DNA of 64,000 bases, taken from IMG/VR virus record IMGVR_UViG_3300042569_001787, positions 28,751 to 92,750 of that record. One strand, given 5' to 3'. The notes under the pieces were generated by a model. It made no database searches, was not told the origin of the DNA, and worked only from the letters and a program-made list of their open reading frames with translations. Shown piece after piece: positions 8,390 through 18,059 of the stretch. The stretch's first letter is position 1. The number at the start of each line of letters is the position of its first letter. The DNA comes from a virus. A program made the translations under genes and the position numbers.

Positions 8390-8899
8390 ATGAATATATT
8401 TTTTTTAGACGAGAATCCTACATTATCAGCTCAATATCATGTTGACAAACACGTAGTTAAAATGATTTTGGAAACCGCTCAGTTATTGTGTGGTGTTCAT
8501 CACATGACCGTACATGATAAAATACATGATACCGGCCAAGTACCGTACAAGTTATCACATAAAAACCACCCATGTTCTATTTGGTGTCGCGAGTCATTAT
8601 CAAATTATTTGTATTTGTGTGAGTTGGGTTTGGAATTAAGTAAAGAATACACTTACCGATACGGTAAACGACATAAATCTCAAGATGTAATTGAATGGTG
8701 TTTGATTAATAAACCAAACATCCCTGATATTGAATTTACAGACCCAGCTAAGGCGATGCCTGATGAGTTTAAAGTTGATTCTGTTGTAGAATCTTACAGA
8801 AATTATTACATGGGGGCTAAATCTAATTTAGCAGCTTGGAAAAACAGAGAAAAACCTTTTTGGTTTGAAAAAAAAGAATTAACTTTGGAATATGATTAA
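8390..8899 (+). CDS. Pyrimidine-dimer DNA glycosylase/endonuclease V family protein
   Basis: MNIFFLD...DKHVVKMILETAQLL, HKNHPC..W, EYTYRYGKRH, AMPD..K signature. Confidence 0.8.
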   Translation: MNIFFLDENPTLSAQYHVDKHVVKMILETAQLLCGVHHMTVHDKIHDTGQVPYKLSHKNHPCSIWCRESLSNYLYLCELGLELSKEYTYRYGKRHKSQDVIEWCLINKPNIPDIEFTDPAKAMPDEFKVDSVVESYRNYYMGAKSNLAAWKNREKPFWFEKKELTLEYD

Positions 8900-8916
8900 A
8901 ATACGGTTGTAAGATA

Positions 8917-9132
8917 ATGGCTTGTAAAGAATGTCCTTGGGTTATAAGGAATAAACATAATGACATGATTGTGGAGTTTTCCAAAAAAATGGATAAACCC
9001 CACAACTGTCATATAAAAAACGGAGGAAAAAACCTTTGGAGTACAACAGAAAAAAATAAATGTGATGGAAGAAAAGAATACGAAGAAAGTATTATACAGG
9101 ATTTAACCACCGATAAATTTAAAAAACTATAA
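8917..9132 (+). CDS. Small Cys/His (Zn-binding-like) protein
   Basis: CKECPW...HNCH...C. Confidence 0.55.
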   Translation: MACKECPWVIRNKHNDMIVEFSKKMDKPHNCHIKNGGKNLWSTTEKNKCDGRKEYEESIIQDLTTDKFKKL

Positions 9133-9194
9133 AACACGACTTAAAATCGTGTTTTTTTGGTTATCATAATATTTATTATAAAAATATATTATTT

Positions 9195-9800
9195 ATGTCC
9201 ACAGAAGTTATTGTTGCGTTTATATCAGGCGTATTAGGTCCTATTATTCTTTTATATACAAAGAACAAATTAGAGAAAAAAAAAGAAATGCCTGACATGG
9301 TTAAAGAAACACTACTAGTTAGTGAATTAATTACAACAAAAATTGAACATATTAAAGAAGAATTTAAAGCGGACAGAGTTTGGATAACACAATTTCATAA
9401 TGGAGGTCACTTTTACCCGACAGGTAAATCAATGGCAAAATTCAGTGTCATTTATGAGACGGTTTCCCAAAATACAAATTCAATTCAATCAAATTTTCAA
9501 AACATTCCTGTTAATTTATTTAGTAAGTCTATCAATTATTTACTGGAAAATGATGTAATTCAAATTCACGATTATAAAGACGAATCTGTCGCAACTCACG
9601 GTTTAAAATATATTGCGGAAGATACAGGATGTAAATCAGGGTATTTATTTTCAATAAAAACAATTGATAATAAGTTTATTGGGACCTTAGGGTTAGATTT
9701 TTCAAAAAGAAAAACAAAACTTGATGTGGAGATGATAAATCACTTACAAGTTCACGCAACTTCAATTGGTGGAGTTCTTATGGGTCACCTAAATGGTTAA
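9195..9800 (+). CDS. N-terminal TM plus GAF-like domain protein (possible T4 gpT-type holin)
   Basis: TM helix at residues 4-22; ADRVWITQFHNG...IGTLGLDF GAF-like pattern; upstream of PG peptidases. Confidence 0.55.
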   Translation: MSTEVIVAFISGVLGPIILLYTKNKLEKKKEMPDMVKETLLVSELITTKIEHIKEEFKADRVWITQFHNGGHFYPTGKSMAKFSVIYETVSQNTNSIQSNFQNIPVNLFSKSINYLLENDVIQIHDYKDESVATHGLKYIAEDTGCKSGYLFSIKTIDNKFIGTLGLDFSKRKTKLDVEMINHLQVHATSIGGVLMGHLNG

Positions 9801-9829
9801 CAAACCTAAATCTCTTTATATTTATTAAG

Positions 9830-11041
9830 ATGAGAAGTTATATTAACGAGAAGCCCGAATCGGTCCAACCTTTAAAATATAGTAATGTTAATTTTAAACA
9901 AATTGGTCACGGTAATCCCGCCTCTGATAAAATAAACCCATCTTTATTAATGGACGTAAATTTAGCAGCTAAAAACGCTAATGTTATGGCCAGTGTAACA
10001 ACCGCAGTTTCAGGACATAAAAAAGGTACTAGACATGAGCTTGGTTTGGCGGTTGATTTGGCAATGTTTGATAATAAAGGTTACGGTAGTAAAGAAAGTG
10101 CTCAAAAAAAAGGTATTTACGATAAAATTGAAAAATTTGTTAGAACCCTAGAATCTATGGGGTATAAAGTAAATTCTGAACGAGGTAACGATAAAGCCGT
10201 TTTATGGTTTGGATTCCCAAATCATCATCATCATGTTCATGTATCAAGAAAATCTGATAATGGTACGTCTACAGGGAGTGATACTCAATCTACAAATTTT
10301 AAAAACTTACCTGAAAAAATTAAATCCTCGATAAATAAATTAAAAACAAAGTATGGTATTAACATTACTCAATCACATATTGATAAAGAATTTAAACAAG
10401 AAGGTAATATACAACCAGATAATGGAGGGATTAATAACGAAGCTAAGAAAAGTATTGAAAAATTAATAAAAGATTGTAAAAAAGCAAACCCTAAAATTCG
10501 GTTTCCCGACGGTATTGTTTCTGATTATAGAAGTTATGATGACCAAGTAGATAATTTTGGAAAAAAAGCTAAAGATAGGGGTGTTGATGACACACAAAAG
10601 TATAACACAATTCCTGGTTTTTCTCAACACCACACAGGAAAGGCCTTTGACATATTTAGTACTGAACCTAGTTGGTGGGATACAAATTCAGGGGTTAAAA
10701 ATTGGGTTGCGGATAATTGTAAAAAATATGGGTTTAAGGTAACTTACAATGTTGATGGGGTACTTAGAAAAAAAGAACCTTGGCATTTATTCTATATTGG
10801 TAATGAATCAATCACAACAACGTCTAATTCAACTAACGATTCAACCTCTAACTCAACTTCTATCTCAACTAATGATTTGACTAATGATTTGACTAATGAT
10901 TTGACTAATGATTCATCACAAAGTAACGACGTTATCCAAAAATTTTTAAGCCCATTGTTAGGTTCTTTAGGGTTTAAAGAAGGTGAGGAACCAACCAATA
11001 AATTGATTGAGGATATTAAAAGAATTAAAAATTTATTATAA
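9830..11041 (+). CDS. Peptidoglycan peptidase with two M15-type domains (second VanY/M15B-like)
   Basis: RHELGLAVD...HHHHVH; SDYRSY, SQHHTGKAFDI, EPWH. Confidence 0.8.
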   Translation: MRSYINEKPESVQPLKYSNVNFKQIGHGNPASDKINPSLLMDVNLAAKNANVMASVTTAVSGHKKGTRHELGLAVDLAMFDNKGYGSKESAQKKGIYDKIEKFVRTLESMGYKVNSERGNDKAVLWFGFPNHHHHVHVSRKSDNGTSTGSDTQSTNFKNLPEKIKSSINKLKTKYGINITQSHIDKEFKQEGNIQPDNGGINNEAKKSIEKLIKDCKKANPKIRFPDGIVSDYRSYDDQVDNFGKKAKDRGVDDTQKYNTIPGFSQHHTGKAFDIFSTEPSWWDTNSGVKNWVADNCKKYGFKVTYNVDGVLRKKEPWHLFYIGNESITTTSNSTNDSTSNSTSISTNDLTNDLTNDLTNDSSQSNDVIQKFLSPLLGSLGFKEGEEPTNKLIEDIKRIKNLL

Positions 11042-11733
11042 TGGAAAAATTTATTAACCCAGCCCCGTATGGTAATATGAAATCATCTATGATGTCAAAA
11101 TCTGTTGATTTAATTGCATACCCAAATTCAAAATTAATAAATCCGTATGACGGTGTTATTATTTTTGACAGAACACCTTCTTGTGAAAATTTTATTAAAA
11201 TTAAACATGAGTTTAATGGTGATGATATATATTCCGAATTTTGTAATGTCGGTAAATCATTTGTTTCACCAGGCGATAGAATAAAACAAGGTCAAATTAT
11301 TGGGTATTTCACTGACGATAGAATTAGTTACTCAATAAAAAACAATGATGATAAAAAATTAGACGTATCAACATATCTAAAAGGGGTTGGTCCTAAAAAA
11401 GAAGAGCCTAAAAAAGAAGAACCTAAAAAAGAAGAACCTAAAAAAGAAGACCCTAAAAAAGAAGACCCTAAAAAAAATAAACCAATACAAGATGACCCTA
11501 AACTTGATAATGACCCTAAACTTGATATTGGAAATAAAAATGTTGGGTCTGGTAATGTTTTCTTAGACACATTATTATCCCCATTTTCAATTGCCAATGA
11601 TATTACCAAAGGTGTCGGTAAAAACATCAAAGGTGTCGGTAAAAACATTAAGACAGCTTTCAAAGAAGATTATGGTAATAATAAAAGACTTGTCGAACAA
11701 ATAGATAAGATTAAAAAAATTATAAATAATTAA
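11041..11733 (+). CDS. Degenerate M23-fold protein with KKEEP repeats
   Basis: NPYDGVI..IKH..VSPGDRIKQGQIIG scaffold lacking the HxH zinc ligands. Confidence 0.6.
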   Translation: MEKFINPAPYGNMKSSMMSKSVDLIAYPNSKLINPYDGVIIFDRTPSCENFIKIKHEFNGDDIYSEFCNVGKSFVSPGDRIKQGQIIGYFTDDRISYSIKNNDDKKLDVSTYLKGVGPKKEEPKKEEPKKEEPKKEDPKKEDPKKNKPIQDDPKLDNDPKLDIGNKNVGSGNVFLDTLLSPFSIANDITKGVGKNIKGVGKNIKTAFKEDYGNNKRLVEQIDKIKKIINN

Positions 11734-11776
11734 ACAATCCCCCTTTTTTAGGGGGTTTTTTTTCTTTAAAAAAAAA

Positions 11777-12000
11777 TTTAGTAAATCAAAAAAGTTTACT
11801 TATCTTTGTACAACAAAAGAGATAGATAACAATTCAGATACAAATCTTAAAAAAAAAATAAAAAAAGATTTGGTAAATCGAAAAAGTTTACTTATCTTTG
11901 TACAACAAAAGAGATAGATAACGATTCAGATACAAATCTTTAAAAAAAATAAAAAAAGATTTGGTAAATTGAAAAAGTTTACTTATCTTTGTAAAACAAA
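11777..12000 (+). repeat. About 2.5 tandem copies of a 91-92 bp unit, each carrying a Bacteroidota promoter
   Basis: TATCTTTG at 11801, 11893 and 11984, each preceded by ttt(a/g)gtaaat..aaaaagtttact. Confidence 0.9.
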
Positions 12001-12017
12001 TCGGAAGAGTCCGAAAC

Positions 12018-12029
12018 GTTCTTTGAAAT
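12018..12029 (+). promoter_or_regulatory. boxA-like antitermination site
   Basis: GTTCTTTGAAAT, resembling rRNA-operon boxA. Confidence 0.55.
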
Positions 12030-12069
12030 ATTATTATCCATTACAACACTTCGGTGTTGTATAAAAGAT

Positions 12070-12877
12070 AATCGGCCGTATATGGTCGTTAAATAAACCT
12101 CGAAAGGGGGATAAAGTGAAATCATCGTGTTAATGGTTTTGCGGTTCGGGTAACCGAACTCGAGTATACAAGTGGGATATCAGTGAGCCTGTAGTACCGA
12201 GGATAACTTCGTAGGGAAATGGAAAACTGAACGGGCAATGTGGATTGTCAGTTTGAGGTGGGAACACCAATAAGAATAACCCATAGGGGCCAAGTGAGAA
12301 GTGTACTCCAAATACACAATTGCGGGTCCCAATATAAGAGGTGACTTAAAACCGAAGGGATAAAACCTGAAGGTAAGATAGAGAACGAGTGGTGTCGCTA
12401 ATATCCTTACCACAGACCCACCAAGGTCTTGGTACGAAGTAATCTTAAAATATGAGAGTGGGGACACTCTACCGAGTAGAAAAGTATCTTGTTGTTCAAA
12501 AGACAACGAGGCTTAAGACGGACCTCTACTTGGAATCATCCACAACACATAACTTATACTAAATTTAAGTAAAACTAAAATAACTATAAGCAAAAGTGTT
12601 CGTCAGGTTTTGATGAAAGTCGCCTACATAGTCATGAGTTGTTCATGGCATACCGAGACCGCAAGTCAACGTATATTGTTACCAAAAACCTCTAAGGAGT
12701 CGAATCCTAAGTCAGTTCGCAAGATTGAGGAGAGTAGAGTAGTAATAGAGTAGTTAAAACCTTAAGAAGTGATTGGTCTAACCAATCGGCGATGAGGATT
12801 ACCATTCAAAAGATGGTGGAAATGAAGGGAAACAATAATCCTTCTAAAGATTCTCACAAAACGGTGTATTCTCAGCC
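12070..12877 (+). ncRNA. Large structured ncRNA, GOLLD-like
   Basis: ~810 nt with no credible ORF, raised GC, many hairpins with GNRA-type loops, two halves joined by an AT-rich linker (~12545-12590), strong promoters upstream and terminator downstream; family name from size, context and recalled motifs only. Confidence 0.65.
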
Positions 12878-13019
12878 CTTTTTAAAATTACCCAATATAT
12901 AGAATACGATTTTTAATCAAACCTCAATAATCTTGGGGTTTTTTTATTTTAAAAAAAGTTTTGTAATTTAATTTATGTGTATAAAAAAACCCCACCTTTT
13001 TAAGATGAGGTTTAATTAG

Positions 13020-13406
13020 TGGAGGTAGAGGGGTTCGAACCCTCGTGTTGTACACCTTACCTATTAAGGACTACACGCTTAGGATAACATTTTCTAATGT
13101 TCCAAAAATAGTTAGTTCGTTCTTCACCATCGTAAACTAACAACCAATGGATGACTCAATTTTGGGTTCAGTCATTTTTCCACCCTTGTAAAGACTTCTG
13201 TTCCTAGGTTGTATGTCCACCGACCCGTATGGTTGTTTCCTATATGTTAGGCAACTACCGCAGCGTCTTCACGGATTAATCCGATTGTCGCCATTTTGTT
13301 TAAAACGTTTCCGTTTACTGTTTACATCCGTAGATTTAAGTGAAAGGATACATCTCACTGCGTGCCCCGAATAACTAACAATGCCAGTCAATTCCAAGTT
13401 ACCCCC
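13020..13406 (-). ncRNA. ssrA: tmRNA
   Basis: 5' GGGGGUAACUUGGAAUUGAC; 3' T-arm GAGGGUUCGAACCCCUC-UACCUCCA with G3.U70; tag frame 13312-13247 GNVLNKMATIGLIREDAAVVA*. Confidence 0.92.
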
Positions 13407-13408
13407 AT

Positions 13409-13440
13409 ATTTTAAAGAACTTATTTCTTGTACAAAGATA
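13409..13440 (-). promoter_or_regulatory. Promoter and boxA-like site for tmRNA
   Basis: Minus-strand TATCTTTG (13433-13440) then GTTCTTTAAAAT (13409-13420). Confidence 0.65.
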
Positions 13441-13494
13441 GTAAAGTCTTATTAATTACCAAACTATTTTATATTTATATGTAAATAAATATTT

Positions 13495-14859
13495 GTGAAA
13501 GATTCAAAAAATGCTAAAATAATATTTGAAAACGAGTATGTTGTATTTGTACAGGTGTTCAACAAGAACGCGGCCACATATTACGGACCTCCAAAAGTTA
13601 CTGAATTATATGACCGAGATTTTAGTCATGGTGAATTATTTTTTGCCGTAAGTAAATTTAATCCTGGCCCTGAATATATATATACACTATACAAACCTAC
13701 AGACGGTGAACTTGAATACTATTCAGGTATTGAATTAAAACTTGAAAGTTACGATAACATCACATTTAAGTATCCGTACTTAAAACCCTATGTCCAAGAT
13801 ATTAGAGGAAATAGTGAAATATATGATTTGTTATTGAAAATTAAAAATGGTCAAAAGGTAAATAACTGGGACGCTAATAACTTTGACCCAATCGTATATG
13901 ACATCAAATTTAATGAACAAACACCGGGTAAGAGTAGAGTTAAATTAAAATTTGACAATTATGAGGATTATTGGAAATTATTTGACCTATCTGATGGAGA
14001 TATTTGGTTTGCAAATTACGTATATTCTAATTATGAGTCCTACGATTTTGAAAGTGGAGATTTTGTTGATGAGGATTGGAAAAGAGGTTATTTATTACGT
14101 GAATTAAATGATGAAAACCTAATTAAATTAAAAGAAATTTTAAAAATACTATCACCAGAACTTTCACAATTACGAAATGATGAAGAATGGGAAAAATCGT
14201 CTAGTTTATTATTAACAACATTTGAACGTGAATCTCAGGAAATTATGTCTGATTGGTTGTCAGAAAGAAATAACTGTAAAGAACGAGGTGCCCGTAAGAT
14301 GATGGAAGACGACTGTTGTAATTTTTTCCAAAATTATGGAATATTCAATATGGGAAATTGTTTTTATAGTTATGTGACGACAGTATCGGTGTTATTATCT
14401 TTATATTCAATGACGGGAGAAAGACATTTAACGGTTAGTGAGGTTTTAAGTGATATTGGACATAAATCAGGCAATATTGGTGGATGGGAAGAATATTCTT
14501 ATGAACAAGATTGTATTGATTTTGATGATGAATCATTTAATCGTACTTGTGGTTGGCAATTAGATAATATGTTTACTAAACTTGAAGACTCTGACGAATT
14601 TGAGGATATTAAAAAATTCTCAGATAATGCGTCAAAAATTTTAAGTAAGTACGATATGGAAACTAATTACAAATTACCCAAAGACGAATCAAGAAATTTT
14701 AAAATAGTTAAAATGAACCCAAAAACAAATAAAGTCCATGTTGTGGTTTCATTAAAAGGTGGGTATCGTGGAGAAGAAAGAAGTTATGATTTTGAAGACT
14801 TTGACCAACTTTTACATCAATCGGAATTATTTGAAAATAAATTTGTCAAAGTCAAGTAA
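13495..14859 (+). CDS. Hypothetical protein
   Basis: 454-aa ORF with TATTTAT motif upstream. Confidence 0.7.
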   Translation: MKDSKNAKIIFENEYVVFVQVFNKNAATYYGPPKVTELYDRDFSHGELFFAVSKFNPGPEYIYTLYKPTDGELEYYSGIELKLESYDNITFKYPYLKPYVQDIRGNSEIYDLLLKIKNGQKVNNWDANNFDPIVYDIKFNEQTPGKSRVKLKFDNYEDYWKLFDLSDGDIWFANYVYSNYESYDFESGDFVDEDWKRGYLLRELNDENLIKLKEILKILSPELSQLRNDEEWEKSSSLLLTTFERESQEIMSDWLSERNNCKERGARKMMEDDCCNFFQNYGIFNMGNCFYSYVTTVSVLLSLYSMTGERHLTVSEVLSDIGHKSGNIGGWEEYSYEQDCIDFDDESFNRTCGWQLDNMFTKLEDSDEFEDIKKFSDNASKILSKYDMETNYKLPKDESRNFKIVKMNPKTNKVHVVVSLKGGYRGEERSYDFEDFDQLLHQSELFENKFVKVK

Positions 14860-14877
14860 TTTACTTATCTTTGGCCT

Positions 14878-15708
14878 ATGGAGAGAAACTATCAATTACT
14901 AAAGGACGTTTTGTCGGTCCCAACAAAGACATATAAGGAAGACCGAATGATTGAGTTTTTAGTTAATTGGTTAACTGAAAACCAAATACCATTTCAAGTT
15001 GACAAACACCGAAACATTTACGCAACTAAAACATCTCAGGATATTACTGAAGATTTCTTTTTCCCGTGTGTTATTGCCCATACTGACACCGTACATCAAT
15101 TAGATGTTATAAACGTCAAAGAAATGGAATTACCTAACGCTCAGGGAGTAATTAAACCATCTTTAAAAGCGTTCAACGATTTAGGACAATCAACAGGAAT
15201 TGGTGGTGATGATAAATGTGGCGTTTATGCATGTTTAGAATTATTAAAAGAATTACCAAATCTTAAAGCAGCATTTTTTGTTTCTGAAGAAACAGGTTGT
15301 CACGGTTCAAAACAAGCCGATAAAGATTTCTTCAAGAACGTAGGGTACGGAATTCAATTTGATGCACCTGAGAATTGGATGGTTAGTGAGTTCTGTATGG
15401 GTGTTCAGTTATTTGGTAGAGACACCGAGTTTTTTAAATCGTGTGATGAGGTATTAACCGAAACATTTAATCCTGACAGAAAATATCAGTCTCACCCATA
15501 TACCGATGTTTACGCATTGAAGAATACATTTGACTTCTCATGTATTAACTTCTCAATTGGGTACTATGATTACCACACAAGAGAAGAATATGTGGTTATT
15601 GAGGATGTTTATAACGGAATTAAAACGGGTAAAGAATTAATTGAAAAATTGGGTAACGTAAAATACCCATTCAAATCAAAACCACGATACAGTTATTTAT
15701 TTGACTAA
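14878..15708 (+). CDS. M20/M28-family zinc peptidase
   Basis: AHTDTV, GGDDKCG, SEETG and YHT..E motifs. Confidence 0.85.
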   Translation: MERNYQLLKDVLSVPTKTYKEDRMIEFLVNWLTENQIPFQVDKHRNIYATKTSQDITEDFFFPCVIAHTDTVHQLDVINVKEMELPNAQGVIKPSLKAFNDLGQSTGIGGDDKCGVYACLELLKELPNLKAAFFVSEETGCHGSKQADKDFFKNVGYGIQFDAPENWMVSEFCMGVQLFGRDTEFFKSCDEVLTETFNPDRKYQSHPYTDVYALKNTFDFSCINFSIGYYDYHTREEYVVIEDVYNGIKTGKELIEKLGNVKYPFKSKPRYSYLFD

Positions 15709-15906
15709 AAAAACTCCTACGTCATTAATTTTAAGCTCATTTTACCTTTATTTCAAGCTCATTTTTTATTAAAATTGAACGATAAAGTTATTAAAATTGA
15801 ACGATAAAGTTAATCATTATGAGCTCTATTTTACTATTTGAATCTCAAATTCAAAACGTATAATGTGGAGTTATTTTTTACTTATTAATGAACATAAAAA
15901 AAGGGG

Positions 15907-17949
15907 TTATTCAACCCCTTTTCTTTTTCGTGTAACTTTCTTCACTTCTTTAAATTTAACATCCCCATTTTCACTAATTAACGTATATTTAGTGTTTTCT
16001 TGAATGTTACTCTTAAGAACTTCTTCCGATATAAAGTCTTCAATTTTATCTTGAATAGCCCTTTTCAATGGACGAGCCCCATACATGTCATCAAACCCAA
16101 CCTCAGAAATCATATCGACAAGTGAGTCATCAAATATTATATTATATTTAAGACCCGTTAATCTTTCTGATAAGACACTCAACTCAAGTTTAACAATTTT
16201 TTTAACATCTTCTTTCACTAATGAATTAAAAATAATGACTTCATCAATACGGTTTAAAAATTCAGGGGCAAAAAACTTCTTAAGCTCTTTCTTCAAAACT
16301 TCTCTTTTTTGTTCTTCTTCAACGTAAGAACTTGAGCTAGTTTTAAACCCTACTCCAGCACCAAAATCTTGTAGTTTCTTAACCCCAACATTTGATGTCA
16401 TAATAATAATACAGTTTTTGAAATTAATCTTTCTTCCCATACCATCAGTTAGATGACCGTCATCCAACACTTGTAATAATGTTGAGAATATGTCTTTGTT
16501 TGCTTTTTCAATCTCATCAAACAAAATTACTGAGTAAGGTTTGTTTTTAACTTGTTCGGTTAATTGTCCTCCTTCATCATAACCAACATATCCTGGAGGT
16601 GCTCCAATTAATCTTGAGATACTATGTTTTTCTTGATATTCAGACATATCTACACGAATCATATTTTCCTGACTACCAAACATTTGTTTTGCTAATTGTT
16701 TTGCTAAGTAGGTTTTACCCACACCTGTTGAACCAAGAAAAATAAATGAACCAATTGGTTTATTAGGGTCTTTGATGCCTAATCTGTTTCGTCTGATTGA
16801 CTTAGCGATTTTCATAACCGCCTCAGATTGCCCAATAACTTTATCAGATAAGTTTGCCTCCATTTCAGACAATAATTTAGTTTCATCCGCATTTAGTTTA
16901 CTGATAGGGATTTTGGTCATATTTGAAACAACCTCATAAACCAATTCAATAGAAACTTCTTTCTTCTTAACTAAAAGTTCATCTTCAAATTTTTTCTTCT
17001 CAACATCTAATTTATTAAGAATACGTTTTTCTTTATCACGTAAATTTGCAGCTTCTTCGTAATTTTGTTTTTTAACAACATCAAGTTTTTCAATTTTAAC
17101 ATCTGTGGCCGCTTGTTTTAATTTTTCAATAATCTCAGGCATTTTAATTTCAACCTGACATCTTGCACCAACCTCATCAATAATATCAAACGCTTTATCA
17201 GGGAACTCTCTATCCGTGATATATCTTGCGGCCAAATCAACACACACAGAAAGTACTTCATCAGTATAGGATACCTTATGGAATGTTTCGTACTTATCTT
17301 TAACATTTTTAAGAATCTCTAATGTTTCTTCTTTTGTTGAAGCGTCAACAATAACTTTTTGGAAACGTCTTTCTAACGCTCCATCCTTCTCAAAGTTTTT
17401 ACGATACTCATCAAGAGTTGTAGCACCAACACATTGAATTTCTCCACGAGCAAGTGCTGGTTTAAAGATATTTGACGCATCTAAAGAACCTGATGAATTA
17501 CCCGCCCCAACTATAGTGTGAATCTCATCAATAAACACAATGATATTTGGGGCGTTTTGTAATTCCTCAATAATTACTTTCATACGTTCCTCAAACTGAC
17601 CACGATATTTTGTACCCGCAACTATTGAAGTCATATCCAACGATACAATTCTTTTATCCATTAAATTTCTTGGACATTCGCCGTTAAAAATTTTAATTGC
17701 CAATCCTTCTACAATTGCAGTTTTACCACAACCAGGCTCACCAATAATAATAGGGTTGTTTTTCTTTCTACGAGAAAGAATTTGGGCAATCCTCGTAATT
17801 TCTCTCTCTCTACCAACAACAGGGTCTAATTTACCTTGTTCGGCTAATTTAATTAAATCTCTACTGAAGTTATCCAACACAGGTGTTGAAGAGTCAGATA
17901 TTGATTTAGGTGGGTTATTCTTCCCCCCGTTGTCCACAGATTCTATCAT
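15907..17949 (-). CDS. clpC: ClpC-type AAA+ unfoldase lacking the N-terminal repeat domain
   Basis: Two AAA modules (GEPGCGKT, GSTGVGKT), UVR-like middle domain, VGF ClpP-docking loop; starts almost at 'LDNFSRDL'. Confidence 0.9.
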   Translation of the reverse strand: MIESVDNGGKNNPPKSISDSSTPVLDNFSRDLIKLAEQGKLDPVVGREREITRIAQILSRRKKNNPIIIGEPGCGKTAIVEGLAIKIFNGECPRNLMDKRIVSLDMTSIVAGTKYRGQFEERMKVIIEELQNAPNIIVFIDEIHTIVGAGNSSGSLDASNIFKPALARGEIQCVGATTLDEYRKNFEKDGALERRFQKVIVDASTKEETLEILKNVKDKYETFHKVSYTDEVLSVCVDLAARYITDREFPDKAFDIIDEVGARCQVEIKMPEIIEKLKQAATDVKIEKLDVVKKQNYEEAANLRDKEKRILNKLDVEKKKFEDELLVKKKEVSIELVYEVVSNMTKIPISKLNADETKLLSEMEANLSDKVIGQSEAVMKIAKSIRRNRLGIKDPNKPIGSFIFLGSTGVGKTYLAKQLAKQMFGSQENMIRVDMSEYQEKHSISRLIGAPPGYVGYDEGGQLTEQVKNKPYSVILFDEIEKANKDIFSTLLQVLDDGHLTDGMGRKINFKNCIIIMTSNVGVKKLQDFGAGVGFKTSSSSYVEEEQKREVLKKELKKFFAPEFLNRIDEVIIFNSLVKEDVKKIVKLELSVLSERLTGLKYNIIFDDSLVDMISEVGFDDMYGARPLKRAIQDKIEDFISEEVLKSNIQENTKYTLISENGDVKFKEVKKVTRKRKGVE

Positions 17950-18059
17950 ATTTTGTTTTTAGTTAATTATAAGGATTAATTTTGTATTTTCAACTACAGG
18001 AACAAAGGTAAGAAAAATATCTAAATTAAAAAATTTAATTTTTGGTTATATTTATGAAT

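Noticed and set aside
11777-12000. CRISPR array
   Set aside because: The units are ~92 bp and near-identical throughout with no unique spacers; each is a promoter, and there are no cas genes
12180-12506. 108-aa minus-strand ORF
   Set aside because: Antisense to the structured ncRNA, atypical composition, no promoter
12070-12877. rRNA fragment or self-splicing intron
   Set aside because: No recognisable 16S/23S conserved motifs, no interrupted gene, and it has its own promoter and terminator
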